A stretch of 64,000 nt of DNA from Octopus vulgaris (Eukaryota), in the NCBI GenBank assembly GCA_951406725.2, contig CATOCA020000001.1, positions 3,472,001 through 3,536,000 on the forward strand, in the 5' to 3' direction. The first letter of the stretch is position 1. The number at the start of each line of letters is the position of its first letter. Positions 49,517 to 64,000 of the stretch are shown here, one piece after another. The notes under the pieces were generated by a model. That model searched no databases and had not been told where the DNA came from. It saw only the letters and a program-made list of their open reading frames with translations. The position numbers and the translations under genes were made by a program.

Positions 49517-49850
49517 CATAGATACAGTCATAGATTCATACAGACATAGATGAATGCATACATACATGCAAGCATACCTCCATACATGCACAAATTCATG
49601 CACACATATATACACATTAACACACATTCACACCTTCATTCATGTATACATACATATATATACACACACATGCATACATACATACGTGCATACATACACA
49701 CATACATACATATATACATGTGTGTATGTGTGTATTTGTTTACGTACATATGTATGTGTACGTATGTATAAATGTATGCGTGTATCTATGCATGTGTGCA
49801 TGTATATACAAACATTCATATATACCCACGAGCATACGCACATACATACA

Positions 49851-50113
49851 TGGTGGCTGCCCCCTCGTTATCGAGTATGGCCATTGCGCAAAAGCTTAAT
49901 CAATGTTGTTATCGTGCAATGCCTGTGCAAGAAGTTTTTTAATGTAAGGAAAGGCTGATCACTGAGTCAATCCCACTCACTAAGCGACAGCAGCCATAAT
50001 CCGAAAAGAAGAACAAGTGAACATCATCGGTAACCACTGAGCCGCAGGTTTTATGTCGGAGTTATCCCAGTTACCTGAGTTAACTTCTCCTAGAAGGATG
50101 CCCTAACAAAGGC
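49851..50113 (-). mobile_element. 3' part of the RTE-5'UTR-like element (same family as 7598-8092); copy at 59136-59398
   Basis: Reverse complement of ~7875-8090, continuing to ggcagccaccatgtatg. Confidence 0.75.
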
Positions 50114-52559
50114 ACAACAAATACACACACATACACATATATACACATACACATGCTTATATAAATACATGCATACACACATACATACATATATACATGC
50201 ACACATAATACAGACATACATACATATACACATGCACACATTATACAGACATACATACATATATACATGAAGACATACATACACATATACAAACGTACAC
50301 ATATTCATACATACATACACATATATATTCATACACATCCATATATAGGTATATACATACACACATATATATAACATGCATACATACACTAATATACGCA
50401 TACACTCATACGCACAAACATGCATACGAAATAAGCACATACATACATGCATAGCTATTTAAAAACACACACGAAAACATACGCACATATATACATGCAT
50501 ACATACACACATGCTTGCACACATACATATATATCCACTTACACACATGTGTGCATGTAGGTGTGTGTTTGGATATCAATGTATGTGTGTATGTGTGCAT
50601 GAATGAATGTATGAATGTATATGTGTATCTGCGTATGATTGTATATAGGTATGTATATGTGTATGTATGAGTTTAACACACATAGACAAACACAAACATT
50701 ATACACACCTACATACATACATACCTCTATGCACACAAACATGCATGCACACAAACATATATACATGGACACACATAGACACATATATACACATATACAT
50801 GCATATATAATTACGTGCATACACACATACATACATATATACATGCACACATATATACATACACATATGCCCGCAGACATATACACATCCGTACATACTC
50901 ACATACATATATAAGCACTTACATATATACCAACATACATGCATACATACACACATATATAGTCACATACGTACACACATACTTACACACATACACACAT
51001 ACATACACACATACACACAAACATACACAGTTACACGCATACATTCATACACACATGCATACTGATATACACACACACATACAGAATTACACACATACTT
51101 ACATACACCCACATTCGCACATACACACACATACATTCATACAGACGTACAAATACACATACGTAAATACATACATACACACATACACACACATACATAT
51201 TTCCATACTTAATCACATACGTACAAACACACATACACACGCACATACACACAAACATACGCGCATACATTCATATATAAAAAAATATACATACATATCC
51301 ACATTCGTATATATATGTGTGTGGATGTATGTATGCGTTTTTGTATCTTTGTAGATATTTAAGCATGTATGTATGAATATATTTATGTATGTATATATAC
51401 ATGTGTATGTGTATATATATGTATGTGTGTGTGTATGTATTTATGCGTACACATGTATGCAGACAGACAAACTTGTGAACTTACACACATAGCATACATG
51501 CAGCACACATACACGCATGTACACATATATACATACACATATACTTACATACACATACAAATAAATACGCACATTTATACACATACGCACATACATAATT
51601 ACACAGATACATACACACACATATATATAAGAACACTCAAAAATACACACATACACACTTACTTAAATACACATACACACACTTACATGCATACACATAC
51701 ATACATGCATACACACACACATACATACACATTTACGTACACATATTCACGCTGCACACATACATACATTCATACTCACGCATATACATATATACACACA
51801 TAAGTACATACACACATGCACAAATGTGTTTGAGAATCTCTACGCCTTCCGCTAATTAAACCACTCCACAACTAAAGTGTTTTTCGTTGCTCAATACTTG
51901 TTTAGTAATCTCCCATCTATATACAGCTGAAGAACAGTGTCCCTTTGTTCTCTTTTTACATCCTTCTTTCCTTTTTCACACTAAATCCACATTTTCCAAA
52001 CAATTGCAGTGGCCTCATCGAACTTAAGAACCCCAATTTACTAATGTTCAAATGTCATTTTTTATACATATATATTCAACTTGTAACTTGTGAATTAATT
52101 TGTATATCTAAATAAAGAAACTCTTACGACCTTTAATAGGGTATACAGCTTTACAGCGTAACATCAATATGTTAATTTTAGATTAAAAAGAAATCTTAAT
52201 TATCATAATTTAGAGTACCATTTAACTTAAGGACAACGTGTAACATTTCATATTTTGATGTTTTTTGCTCTTAAACTTCATTCTGAAATCCCTAAAAAGC
52301 AATAAAATCACAGAGTCAGTATTTTGGGAACCCAAAATTACATAATTGAGCTTTGCATCTGCGAAACATACAAATGTTCAGAACATTTATCACTGTTGCG
52401 CAGATTTTTCCCACTTTCGGCTAAAAATGTTTTTAAAATAATTCCCCTTATTCTTTGTCTTAATACTTATCACAGCTCTACCCAACCATTCTCAAGGATT
52501 TTCCATGGGTTTAAGCTCGGGCGACGGCGTTAGTCACTATATCAACCGAAATCTCTTAG

Positions 52560-52925
52560 GTATAATGTAATTTCTGAGTAGGTACCAGGTGACATTCGGG
52601 TGGTTGTCATGCTGGAAAGTCCAAATGCTTTCGGGCGTATGGAAGCATAGTATTATTCAATATTTCTAGATAGGACTTACTATCCATTCGGATTATAGAA
52701 CTGACGTCTTTTCCAGACATACACCCTTACATCATCACACTTCCTCCAGAGTGCCTAATTGAAGGTTGAACGCATTTTGCATGGAATTCTTCGCCTATAC
52801 GCCTTCTTACATACTTCCTGCCATCACTACCGAACAAGATGGACTTTGATTCGTCCGACCACAACACATTCGTCCAATCTGCTGGACTCCATTTCAAATG
52901 TTCTTTAACTCGCAAATCGATTTTT
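52560..52925 (-). pseudogene. Tc1 transposase fragment, unit 2
   Basis: Same as 43270-43635. Confidence 0.88.
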
Positions 52926-53019
52926 CAAAAACACACAAACACACCTATATGCATAGACACTCATACATACATACATACATACATACATACATACATACAT
53001 ACATACATACATACATACA

Positions 53020-53053
<34 letters not shown>

Positions 53054-54689
53054 CATACTTACATATATAAAAACATATATAGATACATACAGACATACTC
53101 ACATACATACATACGGACATACACACACACATTACATACATACAAACATACATACATGTGTGTATGTATGTACGTGTGAATGTACTTATGTATGCATGTA
53201 TGCGTATATATATATCTGCGTGTACGTATATAGATATCTGTGTACATATATATATATGTCTATATATATGTATATGTATGTGCGTATGTATGTTTTATGT
53301 ACATGTATATGTACGTATGCACTTATGTATGTCTGTAGGTACATAGATTCATACGTGCACACATTCTTACATCCATAAATACATTCATACATACATACAT
53401 TCATATATACATTCAATTATGCATACATGCATAAATAAATAAATACATACATACAAACATATTTACATACATACATTCATATATACATACATACATACAT
53501 ACATACATACATACATACATACATACATACATACATGGTGGTTGCCTACTCCTTATACAAAGTTTGAACAACTCCTTACCGACACCTTAGCACCATTATG
53601 GTGCCTGATGTGACTTTTCAAAAGAAAGAATATTCTGAAAAGACACCCACATAGATCGATCCTCCAATTTGGGCAACCAAGACCTGCAGATAAATTCTGC
53701 AGTTTGTAGGTCTTAAAATGTCGCTTGAGGCCTCCGTTGGATTTGCAATCTTCATAAATTCGTCAGGTGATCATTCTATCCCTTCACCCCAATATTTGTT
53801 TTGTCTCTCCTTGCATCATCACCCCATTTTCTTTACCTTATATGGTTAATAAAGAAATTGACAGTTCAGGACTACATGCGCCGTTTCACGAGTCTTATTT
53901 TGCATCCAGCAGAGTGTCCAACAACACTCTCATCACCAAGCAAGCCTGGTGGGGTTGCCGGTTTAGTCGCCGACGACCCTATCATGAAGCAGGATGTACT
54001 GGGTTACATGTTCCCAGTAGCACTCAAAGGAGACATGCATACATACATACAGACAGACAGACAGAGAGAGATGACGGCCGTCCATGAACATGTATCATAC
54101 ATCAAAATGAAGCTGGTCCTCAGTGGATCACATCCCTTATCCACAACATAGTTGCTGTTTCTCTCAAAAGCAATGGTCTACCTTCGAATGACTGCATGTA
54201 TCCCCGCCCGTGAAATTCCGTTGAGTGTTCTTTGAGCCATTTCTTCATTACCTCCACACTCACCAGATTTTGCACTTCAGACTATAATCCCTTCGGCGCA
54301 ACAAAAGAGGGTTTGAGAGGCAAACATTATACCAGTGACGAGGAAGTAAGAACTGTGGTGAAGATGTGGCTCAAAGAACATTCAACAGAATTTTACAGGG
54401 CAGGAATACATGCTCTCATTCGAAGAAGAAACATTGCTTTTGAGAGAAACGGTAACTATATTAAAGAGTAGGGATGTGATCCACTGGGGCCAAGATTCAT
54501 TTTGATGTATGATACATGTTCCTGTGTTGGTAATTCTACCTTTCCTAAACAAAATGACATTAGTTTTCGACGCACACTCGTACGTACACACATACATAAG
54601 TACGTACACACATACCCTCATATATACATATATACATACAAACATATATACACACATGCATAAACACATTCATACATACGTACATACAT

Positions 54690-56412
54690 ACTCAAAAGGC
54701 GTATCGATTGAGGACCCTTATCAACAGTGTCAATTCTTTGCCGAGGCTTTTTCAACTATTTTCAAACAAGATGATGGTCGTGAACCCCCTCCATTTGATA
54801 GATCGGTACCTCCAATGCTCCGATTTGTCATCACGCGGGACGAAGTCAAACGTGTTATTCAAGGCCTCGATGTCAACAAGGGTCAAGGCCCTGACGGCAT
54901 AAAACACACAGGTTATCAAAGCGTTGGCTCCGGTCATCTGCGAGCCCTTAACACGTCTATTCAATATGTCATTGGCGACGGGTGTTATACCTGCGGACTG
55001 GAGAACAGCGATAATCTGCCCAATTTCGAAGAAAGGGAGCCGCGAAGGCCCGCTTAACTACCGACCGGTTTCCCTTACATCAATAATCAGCAAGATGTTC
55101 GAAACCATCCTTAAGAAAAGTATGATGCTCCACCTCCAAAACACAGCCTCTATCTCTGATTGCCAACACGGCTTCGTGCCGAAGAGATCATGCTTGACCA
55201 ACTTACTGGTAATGGAAGAATTGGTGACGCGCATCCTCGATGATAGTGATGCTGTTGACATCGTTTTATTGGACTTTGCCAAAGCTTTTGACTCGGTAAA
55301 CCACCGCCTATTACTTGTCAAGCTTCAAGCATATAGTTTCCATCCGGACATTGTACGATGGGTTGGTGCCTTCCTCTCAGATCGCTCCTTCCAAGTCGAA
55401 GTTAATGGTTCGCGGTCAGACGTCTCCAGTGCGAGCTGTGGCGTGCCTGAAGGTTCAGTGTTTGGACCCTTATTGTTCTTAGTCTTCATAAATGACTTGC
55501 CCGACGACCTCACGCAACACACCCTTCTATTAGCCGACGATGTCAAATTGGTCGCTCCTCGCGGTGATATAGAGGATGCCTCCACCAAATTTGGAGGTGG
55601 TCTAACGAATGGGACCTGTGTCTGAACGTGTCAAAGTGCTGTCATCTGCCTGTTGGCTCTCCTCCTGCAACTCAACTTGATTTCGAGCTGGGCCGTCTAC
55701 TTCTGGAGAGGACCGATCAGGTAAAGGACCTGGGTATCTTGGTGGATTCCTCCATTTCGCCTTCGGCCCAGTGCGTCCATGCTGCCAACAAAGCACGCGG
55801 AATTCTGTTCTTGATTCGACGGTCATTCGGAATGCTCACAGCAGCCATATTCCTACCACTCTATGTTCCGCTGGTGAGACCCATATTGGAGTACGGGATT
55901 CAAGCCTCTTCTCCTTATCTCTTCAAAGACATTCAGCATCTCGAAAGAGTCCAGAAGCTGGCTACCCACATGATTGATGGTCTCAAAAATTTGTCCTATG
56001 AAGAAAGGCTGAAGACGCTCGACCTTTATTCTCTAGAAAAACGCCGCCGCCGTGGGGATCTCATTCTCGCCCACAACATCATTAGCGGAAAGTGTAACCT
56101 CTCGAAAGAGCAGTTCTTCACTCCTGCTCCAGAGCGTCGGCTGCGGGGTCATTCCGAAAAGCTCTACCTGCGACGATTTCATCTCAATCGAAGGAACGGA
56201 GCTTTCTCCGTCCGGGTTGCGGATCCGTGGAACAAGCTGCCAGACGAGATGGTGAAGATGCCGACGACCGCTTTGTTCAAAGCCTACCTTGACTTCAAGT
56301 GGCCTGAACTCTTTACATGAACACCACCCTGAACATAACTCCATGTCCCCCTACATGGCCTTGCTATTTGCTTTTGAGCCAAATTAACTAACTAACTAAC
56401 TAACTAACTAAC
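54690..56412 (+). mobile_element. CR1-clade LINE, unit 2
   Basis: Near-identical to 45412-47133; a third copy begins at ~63940. Confidence 0.92.
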
Positions 56413-57239
56413 ATACACACATATACATACATACACTCATACAAACAAAAATACATGTACATATACGCATATAAATATGTATATATACATATATGTACAC
56501 ATACATATATGCACACATACATACACATATACATACACACAGACATACATATACATACAAACGTGCATGCGTACATATACACATACACACACACATATGT
56601 ACACACATGTATACGAACATATATACGTACATACATATAAGCTTGCATTCATACCTACATACATTCATACATACATACATGCATACACACACACATACAT
56701 ACACACTTACGTACACATATTCATGCTGCACACATACATACATTCATACACACTCATATACATATATACACACATAAGTACATACACAGATGCATAAATA
56801 CATAAATATATACACACAGACATACGTACGCACCTACATAGACACGTACATAAAACCATACGTATAAACATGCATGCATAAACACAATCATGTATATATA
56901 CATACATACGTACACACATATACATGTACATACGTGCATACTTACATACATACACACATACATATGTACGTAGATGCATACATACGTGCATACATACATA
57001 GGCACCTACATGCAAGTATGCAACTATACCTATATACATACGCGCATGGAATATGTACATATACACACGTACATACTTACATAACTACATACATCAGTAC
57101 ACGCACATACATGCATGCATACGTACGTACATACACGCGTAGAAACACACATACATATATAAGTATGTATATATATATATATGCGAGCATATATATATAT
57201 ACATACACACATACATATATACATGCATGCATACGTTAC

Positions 57240-57286
57240 AAAGCTGTCTGAGCCATTCCGCATCGTGCGTTCCGTCCCTCAAGGGT

Positions 57287-57325
<39 letters not shown>

Positions 57326-58480
57326 ATCTCCTCCCTTCTGTATGTACTGACTATTGAACCATTTACTGCGGAAGCTGGGGGCGTTGATGGGTGTCTCGCG
57401 TGATCTAGTATCTGAGAGAAATGTATCTGCTTACGCTGATGATGTCACCGTCATAGTGTCGAGCCACAGGCATATAGACCTGACAGTCGAAACACTACAG
57501 GAATATGAAGCGAAAACAGGAGCAAAAATGAACCCGGAAAAGTCAGTGGACTTGCAGCTCGGCACATGGAGAGGCAAGGCCATGCGGTCCAACAGCGTCA
57601 TGCTGCGCTGGACAGACGGTCCCAACAAGTTGCTCGGAGTCTGGTTTGGACCGGACGTCCAAGTGGAGAAGAACTGGGACGAAGTGACGAGAAGGGTAGC
57701 CAATCTCACCCAGAAATAGACCAAGAGGAAGCTGTACCTGAAAGATTGGGCGGAGGTGACGAACGCGTACATGGCACCCATCATCTCCTACCGCTTCACT
57801 GTCGTCCCTTGTCCCGTTTCCTGGTTGACCAAGCTTGTGCGCTTACTCTTCCGTTTTCTGTGGAAGATGCGCATTCCACTGGTCAGGCGCTCTATCTGTT
57901 GTCAATAGCTGCTGAGTGGAGGAGTGGGCATGCCCTGGTTACTGATGCGCAGACGTGCGCTGAGGTTGCGTCATCTCCAGCCTTTCCTTGACGGTGAGCA
58001 GGTGTGATCACCGTTTGTAAGAGGCACTTTTCCACAGCTCGTCTTTTTGACTGAGCGGCAATCCTGGACTGGGCGTAGTCCGAAGAAGGGCGCTTGGCAC
58101 CTTGAGTGCCGTCAAGCACTCACAGTCCTCCACCAGGCGGGCAATACGGTCGGTAATACTTCCACTCTAAATTTCTAAAGAGTGCTAGTGAAGGGAAAGT
58201 GCGACGACGTCCTCAGGGAAACTCTGGGTGTCGATGAAGATCAACTAACCGATCTGTTTCGCAGCACTTTCGGGCCTGAGCCTATGGATAACTTCAAGAA
58301 ATCCCTTGCCTGACAGTGCTACCGAGGGGCGCTGACTGTTTGGGATAAAATTTATAGGCACGGAAATGCCGTCAGCCGGGCCCACGTGAGGTGCGCCCAG
58401 AAAGGTGAAACTGTTCTGCACACCCTAGTCCAGTGCCCGAGTATTGCTGACCGGTGGGTTTATGTCGAACACCTACTGCA
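57240..58480 (+). pseudogene. L1/Tx1-clade fragment, unit 2
   Basis: Near-identical to 47960-49200. Confidence 0.8.
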
Positions 58481-58734
58481 CACACATCTCCACTGTCAAA
58501 GCATATCTGATCAACAAAAAGCAATAAAATCGCACGGTCAGTATTTTGGGCATTCAGAATTGCTTCTTACAGCTTTGTACAGATACTCACATACATACAC
58601 ACATACACACAAACAGACATACATACATACATACATACATACATACATACATACATACATTTATTCAAATACACATACATTCATACATACAAGAATACAT
58701 ACTTAAACAGATACACGTACACATACGTAGATAC

Positions 58735-58801
<67 letters not shown>

Positions 58802-61800
58802 CATAGATACAGTCATAGATTCATATAGACATAGATGAATGCATACATACATGCAAGCATACCTCCATACATGCACAAATTCGTGCACACATATATACAC
58901 ATTAACACACATTCACACATTCATTCATGTATACATACATATATATACACACACATGCATACATACATACGTGCATACATACACACATACATACATATAT
59001 ACATGTGTGTATGTGTGTATTTGTTTACGTACATATGTATGTGTACGTATGTATAAATGTATGCGTGTATCTATGCATGTGTGCATGTATATACAAACAT
59101 TCATATATACCCACGAGCATACGCACATACATACATGGTGGCTGCCCCCTCGTTATCGAGTATGGCCATTGCGCAAAAGCTTAATCAATGTTGTTATCGT
59201 GCAATGCCTGTGCAAGAAGTTTTTTAATGTAAGGAAAGGCTGATCACTGAGTCAATCCCACTCACTAAGCGACAGCAGCCATAATCCGAAAAGAAGAACA
59301 AGTGAACATCATCGGTAACCACTGAGCCGCAGGTTTTATGTCGGAGTTATCCCAGTTACCTGAGTTAACTTCTCCTAGAAGGATGCCCTAACAAAGGCAC
59401 AACAAATACACACACATACACATATATACACATACACATGCTTATATAAATACATGCATACACACATACATACATATATACATGCACACATAATACAGAC
59501 ATACATACATATACACATGCACACATTATACAGACATACATACATATATACATGAAGACATACATACACATATACAAACGTACACATATTCATACATACA
59601 TACACATATATATTCATACACATCCATATATAGGTATATACATACACACATATATATAACATGCATACATACACTAATATACGCATACACTCATACGCAC
59701 AAACATGCATACGAAATAAGCACATACATACATGCATAGCTATTTAAAAACACACACGAAAACATACGCACATATATACATGCATACATACACACATGCT
59801 TGCACACATACATATATATCCACTTACACACATGTGTGCATGTAGGTGTGTGTTTGGATATCAATGTATGTGTGTATGTGTGCATGAATGAATGTATGAA
59901 TGTATATGTGTATCTGCGTATGATTGTATATAGGTATGTATATGTGTATGTATGAGTTTAACACACATAGACAAACACAAACATTATACACACCTACATA
60001 CATACATACCTCTATGCACACAAACATGCATGCACACAAACATATATACATGGACACACATAGACACATATATACACATATACATGCATATATAATTACG
60101 TGCATACACACATACATACATATATACATGCACACATATATACATACACATATGCCCGCAGACATATACACATCCGTACATACTCACATACATATATAAG
60201 CACTTACATATATACCAACATACATGCATACATACACACATATATAGTCACATACGTACACACATACTTACACACATACACACATACATACACACATACA
60301 CACAAACATACACAGTTACACGCATACATTCATACACACATGCATACTGATATACACACACACATACAGAATTACACACATACTTACATACACCCACATT
60401 CGCACATACACACACATACATTCATACAGACGTACAAATACACATACGCACATACACACACACACATACACACACATACATATTTCCATACTTAATCACA
60501 TACGTACAAACACACATACACACGCACATACACACAAACATACGCGCATACATTCATATATAAAAAAATATATACATACATATCCACATTCGTATATATA
60601 TGTGTGTGGATGTATGTATGCGTTTTTGTATCTTTGTAGATATTTAAGCATGTATGTATGAATATATTTATGTATGTATATATACATGTGTATGTGTATA
60701 TATATGTATGTGTGTGTGTATGTATTTATGCGTACACATGTATGCAGACAGACAAACTTGTGAACTTACACACATAGCATACATGCAGCACACATACACG
60801 CATGTACACATATATACATACACATATACTTACATACACATACAAATAAATACGCACATTTATACACATACGCACATACATAATTACACATATACATACA
60901 CACACATATATATAAGAACACTCAAAAATACACACATACACACTTACTTAAATACACATACACACACTTACATGCATACACATACATACATGCATACACA
61001 CACACATACATACACATTTACGTACACATATTCACGCTGCACACATACATACATTCATACTCACGCATATACATATATACACACATAAGTACATACACAC
61101 ATGCACAAATGTGTTTGAGAATCTCTACGCCTTCCGCTAATTAAACCACTCCACAACTAAAGTGTTTTTCGTTGCTCAATACTTGTTTAGTAATCTCCCA
61201 TCTATATACAGCTGAAGAACAGTGTCCCTTTGTTCTCTTTTTACATCCTTCTTTCCTTTTTGACACTAAATCCACATTTTCCAAACAATTGCAGTGGCGT
61301 CATCGAACTTAAGAACCCCAATTTACTAATGTTCAAATGTCATTTTTTATACATATATATTCAACTTGTAACTTGTGAATTAATTTGTATATCTAAATAA
61401 AGAAACTCTTACGACCTTTAATAGGGTATACAGCTTTACAGCGTAACATCAATATGTTAATTTTAGATTAAAAAGAAATCTTAATTATCATAATTTAGAG
61501 TACCATTTAACTTAAGGACAACGTGTAACATTTCATATTTTGTTGTTGTTCTTTTGCTCTTAAACTTCATTCTGAAATCCCTAAAAAGCAATAAAATCAC
61601 AGAGTCAGTATTTTGGGAACCCAAAATTACATAATTGAGCTTTGCATCTGCGAAACATACAAATGTTCAGAACATTTATCACTGTTGCGCAGATTTTTCC
61701 CACTTTCGGCTAAAAATGTTTTAAAAATAATTCTCCTTATACTTTGTCTTAATACTTTTCACAGTTCTACCCAACCATTCTCAAGGATTTTCGATGGGTT

Positions 61801-61849
61801 CCAGCTCGGGCGACGCCGTTAGTCACTATATCAACCGAAATCTCTTAGG

Positions 61850-62215
61850 TATAATGTAATTTCTGAGTAGATACCAGGTGACATTCGGGTGGTTGTCATG
61901 ATGGAAAGTCCAAATGCTTTCGGGCGTATGGAAGCATAGTATTATTCAATATTTCTAGATAGGACTTACTATCCATTCGGATTATAGAACTGACGACTTT
62001 TCTAGACGTACACACTAACAGCATCACACTTTCGCCAGGGTGCCTAATTGAAGGTTGGATGCATTTTGGATGGAATTCTTCGCCTATACGCCTTCTTACA
62101 TACTTCCTGCCATCACTACCGAACAAGATGGACTTTGATTCGTCCGACCACAACACATTCGTCCAATCTGCTGGACTCCATTTCAAATGTTCTTTAACTC
62201 GCAAATCGATTTTTC
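61850..62215 (-). pseudogene. Tc1 transposase fragment, unit 3
   Basis: ORF 61896-62204; a more diverged variant of units 1 and 2. Confidence 0.88.
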
Positions 62216-62547
62216 AAAAACACACAAACACACCTATATGCATAGACACTCATACATACATACATACATACATACATACATACATACATACATACATACA
62301 TACATACATACATACATACATACATACATACATACATACATACATACATACATACATAAAAACATATATAGATACATACAGACATACTCACATACATACA
62401 TACGGACATACATACACACATACAAACATACACACACACATTACATACATACAAACATACATACATGTGTGTATGTATGTACGTGTGAATGTACTTATGT
62501 ATGCATGTATGCGTATATATATATATGCGTGTACGTATATAGATATC

Positions 62548-62578
<31 letters not shown>

Positions 62579-64000
62579 GTCTATATATATATATATGTAT
62601 GTGCGTATGTATGTTTTTTGTACATGTATATGTACGTATGCACTTATGTATGTCTGTAGGTACATAGATTCATACGTGCACACATTCTTACATCCATAAA
62701 TACATTCATACATACATACATACATACATTCAATATACATACATACATACATACATACATACATACATACATACATACATACATGGTGGTTGCCTACTCC
62801 TTATACAAAGTTTGAACAACTCCTTACCGACACCTTAGCACCATTATGGTGCCTGATGTGACTTTTCAAAAGAAAGAATATTCTGAAAAGACACCCACAT
62901 AGATCGATCCTCCAATTTGGGCAACCAAGACCTGCAGATAAATTCTGCAGTTTGTAGGTCTTAAAATGTCGCTTGAGGCCTCCGTTGGATTTGCAATCTT
63001 CATAAGTTCGTCAGGTGATCATTCTATCCCTTCACCCCAATATTTGTTTTGTCTCTCCTTGCATCATCACCCCATTTTCTTTACCTTATATGGTTAATAA
63101 AGAAATTGACAGTTCAGGACTACATGCGCCGTTTCACGAGTCTTATTTTGCATCCAGCAGAGTGTCCAACAACACTCTCATCACCAAGCAAGCCTGGTGG
63201 GGTTGCCGGTTTAGTCGCCGACGACCCGATCATGAAGCAGGATGTACTGGGTTACATGTTCCCAGTAGCACTCAAAGGAGACATGCATACGTACATACAG
63301 ACAGACAGACAGAGAGAGATGACGGCCGTCCATGAACATGTATCATACATCAAAATGAAGCTGGTCCTCAGTGGATCACATCCCTTATCCACAACATAGT
63401 TGCTGTTTCTCTCAAAAGCAATGGTCTACCTTCGAATGACTGCATGTATCCCCGCCCGTGAAATTCCGTTGAGTGTTCTTTGAGCCATTTCTTCATTACC
63501 TCCACACTCACCAGATTTTGCACTTCAGACTATAATCCCTTCGGCGCAACAAAAGAGGGTTTGAGAGGCAAACATTATACCAGTGACGAGGAAGTAAGAA
63601 CTGTGGTGAAGATGTGGCTCAAAGAACATTCAACAGAATTTTACAGGGCAGGAATACATGCTCTCATTCGAAGAAGAAACATTGCTTTTGAGAGAAACGG
63701 TAACTATATTAAAGAGTAGGGATGTGATCCACTGGGGCCAAGATTCATTTTGATGTATGATACATGTTCCTGTGTTGGTAATTCTACCTTTCCTAAACAA
63801 AATGACATTAGTTTTCGACGCACACTCGTACGTACACACATACATAAGTACGTACACACATACCCTCATATATACATATATACATACAAACATATATACA
63901 CACATGCATAAACACATTCATACATACGTACATACATACTCAAAAGGCGTATCGATTGAGGACCCTTATCAACAGTGTCAATTCTTTGCCGAGGCTTTTT

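Larger units (their letters stand above)
41270..64000 (+). repeat. tandem array of a ~9.1-9.3 kb unit (starts at 41270, 50348, 59633; runs off the window)
   Basis: Matching ORFs recur at ~9.28 kb spacing (43035/52324/61613, 44954/54232/63480, 48075/57354). Confidence 0.95.

Noticed and set aside
41270-64000. CRISPR-like or prokaryotic system
   Set aside because: No short repeat-spacer array, cas genes or operon structure; the DNA is eukaryotic and repeat-derived.

Overview
AT-rich, microsatellite-saturated eukaryotic DNA. The SINE and LINE families point to an octopus/cephalopod genome (inference). I found no supportable host gene; most ORF-track entries are translations of (TA)n, (CA)n, (CATA)n or (ATT)n repeats. 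Bases 1-41,267 are a nested mosaic of tRNA-derived SINEs, RTE LINEs (one near full length), CR1, R4/Dong-like and Penelope-like retroelements, a solo LTR, mariner/piggyBac/hAT derivatives and a Helitron 3' end. Bases 41,270-64,000 are about 2.5 tandem copies of a ~9.1-9.3 kb unit made of TE relics. The best candidate for an undescribed system is a ~1.1 kb non-TE island at ~5,430-6,550 that looks like an endogenised CRESS (circovirus-like ssDNA) virus segment. It has an origin-like stem-loop carrying TAGAATTAC, a capsid-like ORF whose Arg-rich N-terminal arm is hidden by two compensating homopolymer indels, and a UGA-CUAG readthrough-type stop. Other highlights: hammerhead-ribozyme motifs in Penelope-related elements, two near-perfect fold-back insertions in (TA)n, and an RTE subfamily whose two copies share the same EN/RT-splitting lesions. 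All family assignments rest on motif recognition by eye, not on database searches.
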